This document shows, piece by piece, positions 14,805 to 26,440 of a stretch of DNA of 46,711 bases. Every line of letters starts with the position of its first letter. The stretch's first letter is position 1. A model generated the notes under the pieces. That model did not search any database. It was not told the origin of the DNA and worked only from the letters and a program-made list of their open reading frames with translations. The DNA is from Octopus bimaculoides (taxonomy: Eukaryota): assembly GCF_001194135.2 (NCBI RefSeq), contig NC_069004.1:32345343-32392053 (forward strand). Direction: 5' to 3'. The position numbers and the translations under genes were made by a program.

Positions 14805-15101
14805 GGCAGCAAGCCCGCTACACATGCAAGACTCCAGGAGTTACAACAAGACCTGAGATAAAATGAATAAATAATAATAATTTCTGATTTAGGCAGAGAG
14901 TTTGCTGTTTTGAGGGGACAGGGAGCAGTTCATGCTATCAGTCCCAATACTTGACTGAAAGACAGGGTTGATAAATTAAGTACCAGTTGAGTACTGGGTC
15001 GATGTAATCAACTTATCCCCCCCCCCCAATTTCAGGCCTTGTGCCTATACTAGAAGGAATTATTATTATTATTATTATTAATATTATTATCTGTTTTGCA
15101 G

Positions 15102-15159
15102 TTATTTTGAAATACAACCAATAAGACGAACAAAAGGACCGAAATTTCCTTATTTTGAT
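15102..15159 (+). CDS. Candidate isolated coding exon YFEIQPIRRTKGPKFPYFD, gene unknown
   Basis: Acceptor ctgttttgcag|, donor GAT|GTGAGT, a single open frame (phase 2 in, 0 out), unique sequence among repeats. No homology recognised. Confidence 0.45.
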
Positions 15160-16289
15160 GTGAGTACCATCCATCTTTTTATTTTTATCTTAAATTTTTT
15201 CTGTTTTCCATTCCGTTTCTGGTGACCATTGTTTAANNNNNNNNNNNNNNNNNNNNNNNNNNNNNNNNNNNNNNNNNNNNNNNNNNNNNNNNNNNNNNNN
15301 NNNNNNNNNNNNNNNNNNNNNNNNNNNNNNNNNNNNNNNNNNNNNNNNNNNNNNNNNNNNNNNNNNNNNNNNNNNNNNNNNNNNNNNNNNNNNNNNNNNN
15401 NNNNNNNNNNNNNNNNNNNNNNNNNNNNNNNNNNNNNNNNNNNNNNNNNNNNNNNNNNNNNNNNNNNNNNNNNNNNNNNNNNNNNNNNNNNNNNNNCTTC
15501 CTCTCCTCTGCCCTCCTCTTCTGCCTCCCTTCTGCCCTCCTATTCTCCCCCCTCTTTAGCTTCCTCATCATCATCATCGTCATCATCACTATCCTCAACT
15601 TTGTCTTTACCATCCCCCTCATTGTCCTCCTCTTTACCTCCTCTTTGCCTCCTCTTCATTATCGTCATCAACCTTGGTATCCTCATCATCATTGTCTCCC
15701 TCCTCTGTCTCCTCCTCCTCCTCCTCATCATGTCTCATCAGTCAAATCTGTACCTTCTACCATTACCTTCATCACCACCACTACCACCACCATCATCATT
15801 ATCACCATCATTCTATGTTTATTCCCCATGACCACCACCACCGACCATGGGTTGTAAAAGTATTAAAAATGACATTGTTCTACTAAACACACCAATGAAT
15901 TTTATCATTTTACTAAATATACGGATTTAATCACTAACATAGGTGGATGAGGGGCTGTAGGAGTGGTCTGCCCCGGGTGGCACTTTTAAAGGGGCAACAC
16001 TTTTGGGTCTGTTGTAGGCAATATGTGTTTTTTGTGGGGTCCGGGTGGCAACAAACAGAAGGGCCACCCTGGGTGGCACACACTCTAACTACACTAGTAG
16101 ATTTAATTGTTGAGGGATCGTATCCCCATGTCATTCCATTGTACTCATAGATGCAGATGTGGCTGTGGGATTAAGAAGATTGCTTCTCAATCATGTGGTC
16201 TTGGGTTCAGTCCCACTACGTGGCACTTTAGTCAAGTGGGTTTAGTGGAGAAAAACTGAAAAGAAGCCTATTGTATATTTATTTATATA

Positions 16290-16580
16290 TTCGAGCGAGA
16301 TTGTTGCCAGTGCCCCTGGACTGGCTCTTGTGCGGGTGGCACATAAAATACACCATTGCCAGTACCGCCAGACTGGCCTTCGTGCGGGTAGCACGTAAAA
16401 GCACCCACTACACGCTTGGAGTGGTTGGCATTAGGAAGGGCATCCAGCTGTAGAAACTCTGCCAAATCAGATTGGAGCCTGGTGCAGCCATCTGGTTTCA
16501 CCAGTCCTCAGTCAAATCGTCCAACCCATGCTAGCATGGAAGGCGGACGTTAAACGACGATGATGATGATGATGATGATA
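16290..16580 (+). mobile_element. RTE-tail short element copy
   Basis: Same body and (GAT)n tail. Other copies at about 3040-3122, 40655-40885 and 43150-43350; diverged relatives at about 13205-13500, 24270-24480, 34650-34880, 39230-39430 and 45710-45930. Confidence 0.8.
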
Positions 16581-18771
16581 TATGTGTGTGTGTGTGTGTG
16601 TGTGGTTGTCTTTGTGTCTCTTTGTCTTGACATCATGTGACGATTGCGTGGAGGTACGTGGCTTAGTGGTTAGGGTGTTGGACTCGTGATTATAAGATTG
16701 CGGTTTCAATTCCTGGACCGGGTGAGCAAAACACTTCATTTCACGTTGCTCCAGTCCACTCAGCTGGCAAAAGTGTGTGACCCTGGGAAGGACCAGCGTG
16801 AAGGACCCAAACAACACCATGAGCAACATCACCACCACTATCATCATCACGACCGTAATCATTATCCAAGGGGTGGGGCGCTCTTTAGTGGTCTATCATC
16901 TTGCTAGAAATAGCAGCCAAATCTTTCACAAACAACTATGTCTGATATAAAAAAAAAGACAGGACAGTCATGGCCGGGTTGCCTTTGATCACAGGTCTGC
17001 TGGATTAGAGTTGTCCTGGAGCTGAATGATAATACCATCACCACCACTACTATCACACAAACACTAATACATCAATAACACCACCATTATCACCACCACC
17101 ACCATCACAAGCACTGGTACATCACTAACATCCTCACCATCGCCACCACAATCGCCACTACCACCACCACCACCACCANNNNNNNNNNNNNNNNNNNNNN
17201 NNNNNNNNNNNNNNNNNNNNNNNNNNNNNNNNNNNNNNNNNNNNNNNNNNNNNNNNNNNNNNNNNNNNNNNNNNNNNNNNNNNNNNNNNNNNNNNNNNNN
17301 NNNNNNNNAACAGGAACTGGTTATATTGATTGAAGTTTGTTTAACAGGATGTACGTACAACGTGGTGGTGGTGGTGGTGGTGGTGGTGCTTGTGATTGTT
17401 GTGGTTTCGGTAGAGGTGGTGGTGGTGGTGGTTGTGGCGATGAAAGTTATGGTAAAGGTGTGAGGGAGTTATACAGGTGGTGGTGGTGGTGGTGGTGGTG
17501 ATAGTGGTATTGTTCTTAATTTTTGCCTTTTCTTAAATGGGTGGGATTTGAAGGCAGTTTTGGCTGTTATTTCTAGCAGGGTTTGTGATCTAAAGAGATT
17601 CCAACAGTGATTTATCCCTTGTTGAGTTCGTAGTCGTGATGAAGATGAAGATGATGATGATGATGAATTGGTAGTGGTGATGAAGATGATGACGGCAGCG
17701 GTGGTGGTGGTGGTGGTGGTTCCGTGATGATGACGATGATGATGAGCAAAAACAATTAATGGAAAATATTCCATTTCTTTTATTGATCCACAGAAGGAGG
17801 AAATGGTAAAAACCAACCTTTGCGAGATTTCTGCCAGCTCGCCACCTTCCAACCCAAATATTCTACCTGTCTTACATTCAGACCAGCCAGATCTGGCCTT
17901 TCACATCTTCCCTACAATGTCGTTCTAAAAATAAACGATCACATCATTGGTTCCTTTTACTTGTTTCAGTCGTTTGACTGCAGCCATGCTGGAGCACCGC
18001 CTTAAAGGGTTTTAGTCGAAGCAATCGACCCCCAGAACTTATTCTTTGTAAGCCTGGTGCTTATTCTAATCGGTCTCTTTTGCCAAACTATTATGGGGAC
18101 ATAAACACACCAACATTGGTTGGCAAGCAATGGTGTGTGTGTGTGTGGGGGGGGAAACACAGACACACAANNNNNNNNNNNNNNNNNNNNNNNNNNNNNN
18201 NNNNNNNNNNNNNNNNNNNNNNNNNNNNNNNNNNNNNNNNNNNNNNNNNNNNNNNNNNNNNNNNNNNNNNNNNNNNNNNNNNNNNNNNNNNNNNNNNNNN
18301 NNNNNNNNNNNNNNNNNNNNNNNNNNNNNNNNNNNNNNNNNNNNNNNNNNNNNNNNNNNNNNNNNNNNNNNNNNNNNNNNNNNNNNNNNNNNNNNNNNNN
18401 NNNNNNNNNNNNNNNNNNNNNNNNNNNNNNNNNNNNNNNNNNNNNNNNNNNNNNNNNNNNNNNNNNNNNNNNNNNNNNNNNNNNNNNNNNNNNNNNNNNN
18501 NNNNNNNNNNNNNNNNNNNNNNNNNNNNNNNNNNNNNNNNNNNNNNNNNNNNNNNNNNNNNNNNNNNNNNNNNNNNNNNNNNNNNNNNNNNNNNNNNNNN
18601 NNNNNNNGCAGCAAAAAATAAAAATGGTTAGCTCAAGAGAGAGAGGTTGGGGGTTTGGATTTGGCTATTATTTTTAGCAGCTCAAGTGATCACTTAGAGG
18701 CTCTCCCTCATCCATGCTGGCTGGAGTTGTCCAGTGGTGTTTTCTGTTGCTGCTGGTTGTTGTGTGTTTGT

Positions 18772-18784
18772 GTTGCCTGGCAAC
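18772..18784. promoter_or_regulatory. RFX X-box motif, putative promoter of the DCX gene
   Basis: GTTGCC-T-GGCAAC matches consensus GTNRCC-N0-3-RGYAAC and extends to the perfect palindrome TGTTGCC-T-GGCAACA. Extra half-sites GTTGCC (18786) and GTTACC (18796) lie in about 900 bp of non-repetitive sequence. Confidence 0.65.
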
Positions 18785-19076
18785 AGTTGCCCTCAGTTAC
18801 CAGTGCGTGTGTTTTTATTTATTAGTTTACTTATTATAAACAAACCAAAGAAAGAAATTAACAAACCAACAAACAAACAAAACACCAACCGGGTTTTGAT
18901 CTGATCGGTTTGTTACTGATTAGCGAGCTTTTTTAAAACATAACAGGACAACACAATAGAAACAGCGGTCTGGATAAAAATCCCCTTCGATGAAACAGAA
19001 TGAAACAGGCCAAGTCAAAAGGACAGACGGACAGAAGAACAAAGAAAGACGAGGTGGGAGGGGAGAGAAGACGTCG

Positions 19077-19108
<32 letters not shown>

Positions 19109-19528
19109 GAACGAGAAGTAGGTGAAGGAGAAGAAGATCTTATATACAAAGCGGGCCACACAAAGCTTACTGTATTTCTGGTGCCAACTTTGCTAATAGC
19201 TGGACATCAAGTAAACAGCATTGGCAGACAACTACTGTAGCTTATTAAAGTTTAAATAAGCCAGCTTTCTAAGATACTACCCCCCACAAGCAACCAGTTC
19301 TAGCTTGATTAAACCTTGCGACTTCAAACACACCATTGGTCGTCATTAACGTAATAATCATCAACGTTAGACATACCAGTTACTGTGTAGTACTTGTAGT
19401 ATTTTATTTGCGGTTTATGGTACAGAGCGAAGTTGTTGTTGAGAATGTGGTGCTATTAAAATTTAAACATTTGTTTTATACAGAGCAGTCGTCATTTTAT
19501 TAGTCTTATGTACAAACGGTGTGTGTAT

Positions 19529-19623
19529 GTATACGTATACTCTTTTAGTATACGTATACTCTTTTAGTATACGTATACTCTTTTAGTATACGTATACTCT
19601 TTTAGTATACGTATACTCTTTTA
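19529..19623. repeat. Five perfect 19-bp tandem repeats (gtatacgtatactctttta)
   Basis: Exact copies; across junctions each carries the 14-bp palindrome AGTATACGTATACT. Confidence 0.95.
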
Positions 19624-21651
19624 GTCGTTTACCTGTTGCAGTCATTTGACTGCGGCCACGCTGGAGCCCCAGAACTTATTCTTTGTAAGCCTAGTGCTTA
19701 TTCTATCGGTCTCTTTTGCCAAACTGCTAGATGACGGAGATATAAACACAGCAACATCGGTTGTCAAGCGATGGTGGGGTGGGGTGGGGGTACAAACAAC
19801 AAACACACACATACATATATATGTATATGACGGGCTTCTTTCAGTTTCCGTCTACCAAATCCACTCACAAGGCTTTGGTCGGCCCGAGGCTATAGTAGAA
19901 GACACTTGCCCAAGGTGCCACGCAGTGGGACCGAACCTGGAACTATATATATATATATATAGACTCAGTTGGTTACAATGACAAGCGTTCTAGTTGGTTT
20001 AATCAATAGGATGGCCTGCTCATAAAATCAGTGCAAATGGCTGAGTACTCCACAGACATGTGCATCCAAAATGTGACAAGGCTGGCCCTTTAGAATTTCA
20101 TGTACATTCTAACATGAAGAAATAGACATAAAAAAATGAAACAAAATATCACAGTCCATATTAAAATTAGAGTACACCAAGGAAAAATAACTCAAGTGGG
20201 TCAATGGATTTAGGTAAATAAGTCCAGTGAATACATTAAGATTTACCTCTTAGAGGAAGAAAACAAAAACCTAGTGGTAATTGTTTGCTTCTCTCAAAGA
20301 GAATATTCAAGGAATTAAGAAATTAATTTCACACAATTGATTAAAAGGAAAGGAATTTCAGTTAATTGGGGGTTCCTTATAAGATGTCTTTCAGTACAGT
20401 AGTCCTTAATTTCAGTGAGAGATGCAAGACCTCCTGTTGCTTTGTTTCCTTCTTTCATACGCCACCCGACCCTTTTGTCATGAACCATCTTCCTCTCTGT
20501 CTGAACACGCATGATTTTGGTGCCCAGACTGGGTGTGGTGCTTTGTGTTCTTGAACAAATCATGTAATTCAATATTACTTTGTGATCACTCCAACATCCG
20601 ACACGTGGCACACCTATGCACCTAATGTCGACATAATGGAGGGAAGTGAGATTATGTGCAACACAAACATTTGATCACTATAAACAAATCGTCTGTGTGG
20701 TTGTTCGGCAACACATTGCAGAATCTTCATCCGTTGTTTAAATAAGGGGGGGGGGAATACATAATATATACGTATACATATATATATATATACACATATA
20801 TATATATATATACATATATATATATTCTTTTATTCTCTTATTTGTTTCAGTTATTTGACTGTGGCCATGCTGGAGCACCGCCTTTAGTTGAACAAATCAA
20901 ACGCAGGACTTATTCTTTGTAAGCCTAGTACTTATTCTTTGTAAGCCTAGTACTTATTCTTTCAGTCTCTCTTGCTGAACTGCTAAGTTACAGGGAACAT
21001 AGACATGCCACCACCAGTTAAGCGATGGTGGGGCTACAAACACAGACACACAAACACACATACATATGTGTGTACTCTTTACTCTTTTACTCTTTTCAGT
21101 TATTTCACTGTGGCCATGCTGGAGCACCGCCTTATAATGGGCTTCTTTCAGTTTCCATCTACCAAATCCACTCACAAGGCTTTGGTCAGCTCAAAGCTAT
21201 AGCAGAAGATACTTGCCCAAGGTGCCATGCAGTGGGACTGAATCCAGAACCATGTGGTTGGTAAGCAAGCTTCTTACCACACACCCACTTCTGCACCTAT
21301 ATATATATATTCTTTTATTCTTTTACTTGATTCAGTCGTTTGATTGCAGCCATGCTGGAGCACCTCCTTGAAGGGGGTTTTAGTCAAACAAATCGGCCCA
21401 AGACCAGTACCTCTTCTACTGTCCCTTTTGCCAAACCACTAAGATATGGGGACATAAACACACCAACTCTGGTTGTCAAGCAGTGATGACATGAAAAACA
21501 CAGTGAATGAATTATAGGAACCCTGCTACTTTGTGGTTTTCCCTACACCTCTTTCACTGAAGAGGAATATGTATAGATATATTTTCAGTGAAAGAGACAC
21601 AAGAAAACCACAATTTGTGTGTATATACATGTGTGTGTGTGTATACAGACT

Positions 21652-21692
<41 letters not shown>

Positions 21693-21696
<4 letters not shown>

Positions 21697-21915
21697 TCAT
21701 CATCATCATCATCATCGTTTAACGTCCGCTTTCCATGCTAGCATGGGTTGGACGATTTGACTGAGGACTGGTGAAACCGGATGGCAACACCAGGCTCCAA
21801 TCTGATTTGGCAGAGTTTCTACAGCTGGATGCCCTTCCTAACGCCAACCACTCAGAGAGTGTAGTGGGTGCTTTTACGTGTCACCCGCACGAAAACGGCC
21901 ACGCTCGAAATGATG
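21693..21915 (-). mobile_element. RTE-tail short element copy
   Basis: About 2 mismatches over about 210 bp versus 30444-30655; (GAT)n tail. Confidence 0.85.
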
Positions 21916-22454
21916 TCTTTTATATATATGTGCATGTGTGTGTATACACATATATATGTATGTTTGTATACATATATATGTATACACACACATACATATT
22001 CATATACATCCTGTTGGCATGTCATCTTAGCCAATAATCAATCTATTAATTTATCCTTGAGTGGTCAGGTCATCATTTTATCTGCATTAAACATACTGGC
22101 TGCTGAATTGTAAATGGTAAATATACCAGCGCTGTGTGTGCTTGTACACGAGTGGAATACACACACACACACACACACATATATGTAGTTTACTGTTCCA
22201 TTATTAGTAGGATCAACTTAAAAAGTACTCTAGCTTATGTGAGAGTTAAGTGTCATTTAGTACACACAGTATTAGATATGAGCTACTAAAAGTTTCATGC
22301 TCTGGAAACAATAATTTGGCAGATTTATCCATCATTGTGTCTCCAAGCCAAAAGGATTGCTTGGAGACAAAAAGTATGATTTATAAATCTGTTGAATTAT
22401 TGTGCTTCCAGAGCATGAATCTATTAATAGCTCATACCTTGACGGAGGTTTGCG

Positions 22455-22667
22455 CTGTGGCCATTGCCAGTACCACCTCACTGGCCTTCGTGCGGGTGAC
22501 ACGTAAAAGCACCCACTACACTCTCTGAGTGGTTGGCGTTAGGAAGGGCATCCAGCTGTAGAAACTCTGCCAAATCAGATTGGAGCCTGGTGTAGCCATC
22601 TGGTTTCACCAGTCCTCAGTCAAATCGTCCAACCCATGCTAGCATGGAAAGCGGACGTTAAACGATG

Positions 22668-22670
<3 letters not shown>
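22455..22670 (+). mobile_element. RTE-tail short element copy, opposite orientation to 21693-21915
   Basis: Near-identical reverse complement of 21711-21891. Confidence 0.85.
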
Positions 22671-22699
<29 letters not shown>

Positions 22700-23259
22700 G
22701 GGCTTGAGCCTGTAGAGTCATTATCATGTTGAGCCTTTTGCTTTATCTCGTTTCCACTGGCCCTATACATACTTAGTTCAAAATATCCCAGAGGTCAACT
22801 TGGCCTTTAATCCTTTCTCGGTCAATAAATTTAGCACCTGTTGATCACCGGGGTCAAAGTAATTGACTAACCTTCCTGTCCCCACCTAGAATTACTGGCC
22901 TTGTGCCAAAAAAATTAGAAAGAATTATTGTTATTATTGTTGTTGTTGTTGTTGTCTATAATTGATCAGTTCCGTTCAGTCAAATCTATTTTTTCACAAA
23001 ATAAAATAACTCACTCCAGTCCTCCTTGTCATCTGGCATTTGGTGTTGAAAGGGGGCAAATGTGTGTACATTGTGTGTGTTTATGTGTATGCATGTTTAA
23101 GTGTATGTGTGTGTGTGTGTGTTTGTATGCATGTTGAAGTGTACATATGCATGTGTGAACATGCATGCAAGTTTGTGTGTGTGTGAATATGTATTTGTGA
23201 GCATGTATGTGTATGTGTGTGAATATGTATGTGTGTGAATACGTATGTATGAGCATGTA

Positions 23260-23293
<34 letters not shown>

Positions 23294-24056
23294 TATGTGT
23301 GGGCATGTATGTATGTGTGTACATGCGTGCATGTTTGTGTGTGTGTGAATATGTATTTGTGAGCATGTATGTGTGTGTGTGTGAATATGTATGTGTGAAT
23401 ACGTATGTATGAGCATGTATGTGTGTGTGTGTGTATATATATGTATNNNNNNNNNNNNNNNNNNNNNNNNNNNNNNNNNNNNNNNNNNNNNNNNNNNNNN
23501 NNNNNNNNNNNNNNNNNNNNNNNNNNNNNNNNNNNNNNNNNNNNNNNNNNNNNNNNNNNNNNNNNNNNNNNNNNNNNNNNNNNNNNNNNNNNNNNNNNNN
23601 NNNNNNNNNNNNNNNNNNNNNNNNNNNNNNNNNNNNNNNNNNNNNNNNNNNNNNNNNNNNNNNNNNNNNNNNNNNNNNNNNNNNNNNNNNNNNNNNNNNN
23701 NNNNNNNNNNNNNNNNNNNNNNNNNNNNNNNNNNNNNNNNNNNNNNNNNNNNNNNNNNNNNNNNNNNNNNNNNNNNNNNNNNNNNNNNNNNNNNNNNNNN
23801 NNNNNNNNNNNNNNNNNNNNNNNNNNNNNNNNNNNNNNNNNNNNNNNNNNNNNNNNNNNNNNNNNNNNNNNNNNNNNNNNNNNNNNNNNNNNNNNNNNNN
23901 NNNNNNNNNNNNNNNNNNNNNNNNNNNNNNNNNNNNNAAAGGAGAGGAGGAAGAGAATTAGATGACAGACAGACAGACAGACAGTTTGGGTGTAAAGAAG
24001 GGAGAAAGAAAATGTAAAAGGTTAAAGTGAGAAAGAGAGAGAAATAGGCAGAACAT

Positions 24057-24111
<55 letters not shown>

Positions 24112-25024
24112 CTATCATCAGTGTCATTATCATCATCATCATCATCTTCATTGTCATCATCATCATCATCTTCCTTGTCATCATCATCATCATCATCAGT
24201 ACTAACTTCCTTACCACTATCATCATCATCATCATCATCATCATCACTGTTGTCGCTATTAATGTCCATTCACTTTTCCCTGCTCGCATGGGTCAGACGG
24301 AATTCCCCGAGGCAGAATTTCTGCAGCTGGATGCCTTTCCTGTTGCCAACCAACCTTTACCCGTTTCCCAAGTCACAAGCAGAGGTTACACTTTCTCTCG
24401 ACCAGAAATGTTTCCAACAAAAATCGGAAACGAACGATACCACTTGTTTGATGATAAATACTCATTTATAAACATCATGTGATGAAAAAACAAGAAAATA
24501 TACACACGTGTGTGTGTGTATGTGTGTGCATGTATGTATAACAAAATTTGTACACAGACATTTAAGTGTGCATATAGACATGGACACACAGAAAAGTACA
24601 CCTATCTTACCGTACGTAATATAAATACACCATGCAATGAACTGTGCTTATGGAAATAAATCATAAATGTGGGGATATTAATTAGTAAGCTGTAAAATAT
24701 TAACGAGAGTGAGAGATAAGGTAACGATATAAAGCAAAATGAAAGGAAGAATATGGAAGCAAAATGTACAATATATTATCGGGGTTACTCAACCCTTTGT
24801 TCGGCCACCAACCATGACGGATGATTTGCATGCTGTCAGAACATGCTCCAACAACGCATGACATATATGCGTGTGTGTGTATAAATAAATGTATATATAG
24901 ATATATATATACATACATATAAACGGAGATAGTGAGACAGATAAATACACTCGAGCTTGACATATATTTACATAAGTGCATATACGCATATCAATACACA
25001 GATTTATAGAGATACATATAACTA

Positions 25025-25223
25025 CGTAGGAGTGGCTGTGTGGTACGTAGCTTGCTTACCAACCACATGGTTCCAGGTTCAGTCCCACTGCATGGCATCT
25101 TGGGCAAGTGTCTTCTACTATAGCCTCAGGCCGACCAAAGCCTTCTGAGTGGATTTGGTAGACGGAAACTGAAAGAAGCCCGTTGTATATATGTGTATGT
25201 ATATATATATATATATATATATC

Positions 25224-25260
<37 letters not shown>

Positions 25261-25490
25261 GTGTGTATATGTTTGTGTGTCTGTGTTGTCCCCCCCAACA
25301 TCGCTGGACAACCGATGCTGGTGTGTTTACGTCCCCGTAACTTAGTGGTTCGGCAAAAGAGACCAATAGAATAAATACTAGACTTACAAAGAATAAGTCC
25401 TGGGGTCGATTTGCTCGACTAAAGGCAGTGCTCCAGCATGGCCACAGTCAAATGACTGAAACAAGTAAAAGAATAAAAGAGAGTAAAAGA
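25025..25490 (+). mobile_element. tRNA-derived SINE family A, near full length
   Basis: tRNA-like head (ggagtggctgtgtgg ... ggttcagtccc), body with ccttgggcaagtgtcttc, internal microsatellite and (gtaaaaga)n tail. About 20 further copies, e.g. about 4470-4870, 6130-6510, 12815-13180, 17955-18170, 19630-19945, 20825-21295, 29165-29578, 35500-35745, 39515-39845, 46395-46630. Confidence 0.85.
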
Positions 25491-25849
25491 GTATATGCAT
25501 ACACACACACATTCACATAGAGCATACAAAATACAGAATTCTGAGAAGAGAATTTGTAGTTTCTTAACAGCTGTTTCAGGAGAATCAGAATTGGATAATA
25601 ATCATAATGTTCATAATTAGTGGATGGAATGTGCAAAAAATCTTGGGTATGCAACCAGGAAATAGTCAATTGTAAACCTTATGATTTCTGAAACAGCTGT
25701 TTAGAAACTATGTATTCGCTTCCTATTATTCTGTACTTGGTACACTCTATGTAAATATATTTTTGTGTATGTGTTTATATATATGTTTATGAATCTATGT
25801 AGTTATATGTATCTATATGTGTATGTATATACATACACACACACATATA

Positions 25850-26141
25850 TTGGGGGGAAAACAAGAAGAAAATGGCGAAGAAATAGATGCATGAATAATT
25901 TATTTGTATGTTACGAAAAGATGAGAGATTCTTTTAAAAAACATAGCAGTACAAATAAGTTGATTACAGGTTGAGAAGCTCAAGAAATAAAATAAAATAA
26001 AATACTTTTTGTGCTTTTCAACCTGTAATCAATGTATATGTACTGTTATGTTTTTTAAAAGAATCTTTCATTTTTTTTTAATATACAAACAAATTACTCA
26101 AACATTCATTTCTCCATTTTCTTCTTGTTTTTTCCTCCCAA
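25850..26141. repeat. Foldback element, about 130-bp arms and 33-bp spacer
   Basis: 25850-25979 and 26013-26141 are reverse complements, with scattered mismatches and small indels. Confidence 0.8.
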
Positions 26142-26203
26142 ATTGATAATTTCACTAATCTCTAACACATACCAATGACTTTGGTATTAAATGATAGGGA
26201 TAA

Positions 26204-26440
26204 AGCGGTGAGCTGGCAGAAACGTTAGCACGCCGGGCGAAATGCTTAGCGGTATTTCGTCTGCCGTTACGTTCTGAGTTCAAATTCCGCCGAGGTCGAC
26301 TTTGCCTGTCATCCTTTCGGGGTCGATAAATTAAGTACCAGTTACGCACTGGGGTCGATGTAATCGACTTAATCCGTTCGTCTGTTCTTGTTTGTTCCCT
26401 CTATGTTTAGCCCCTTGTGGGCAATAACGAAATAGGTATT
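26204..26440 (+). mobile_element. tRNA-derived SINE family B with core gcctttcatcctttcggggtcgataaattaagtacc
   Basis: B-box-like gagttcaaattcc and a conserved central block. Copies at about 20-180, 1870-1995, 10830-11060, 22760-22920, 29820-30430, 33655-34095 and 41380-41830. Superfamily name not verified. Confidence 0.85.

Noticed and set aside
23081-24289. Longest ORF in the track (402 aa) and similar Y/I/H/T/C/V, poly-M, poly-D and poly-S ORFs
   Set aside because: They are translations of microsatellites running through N gaps, with no splice or homology support.
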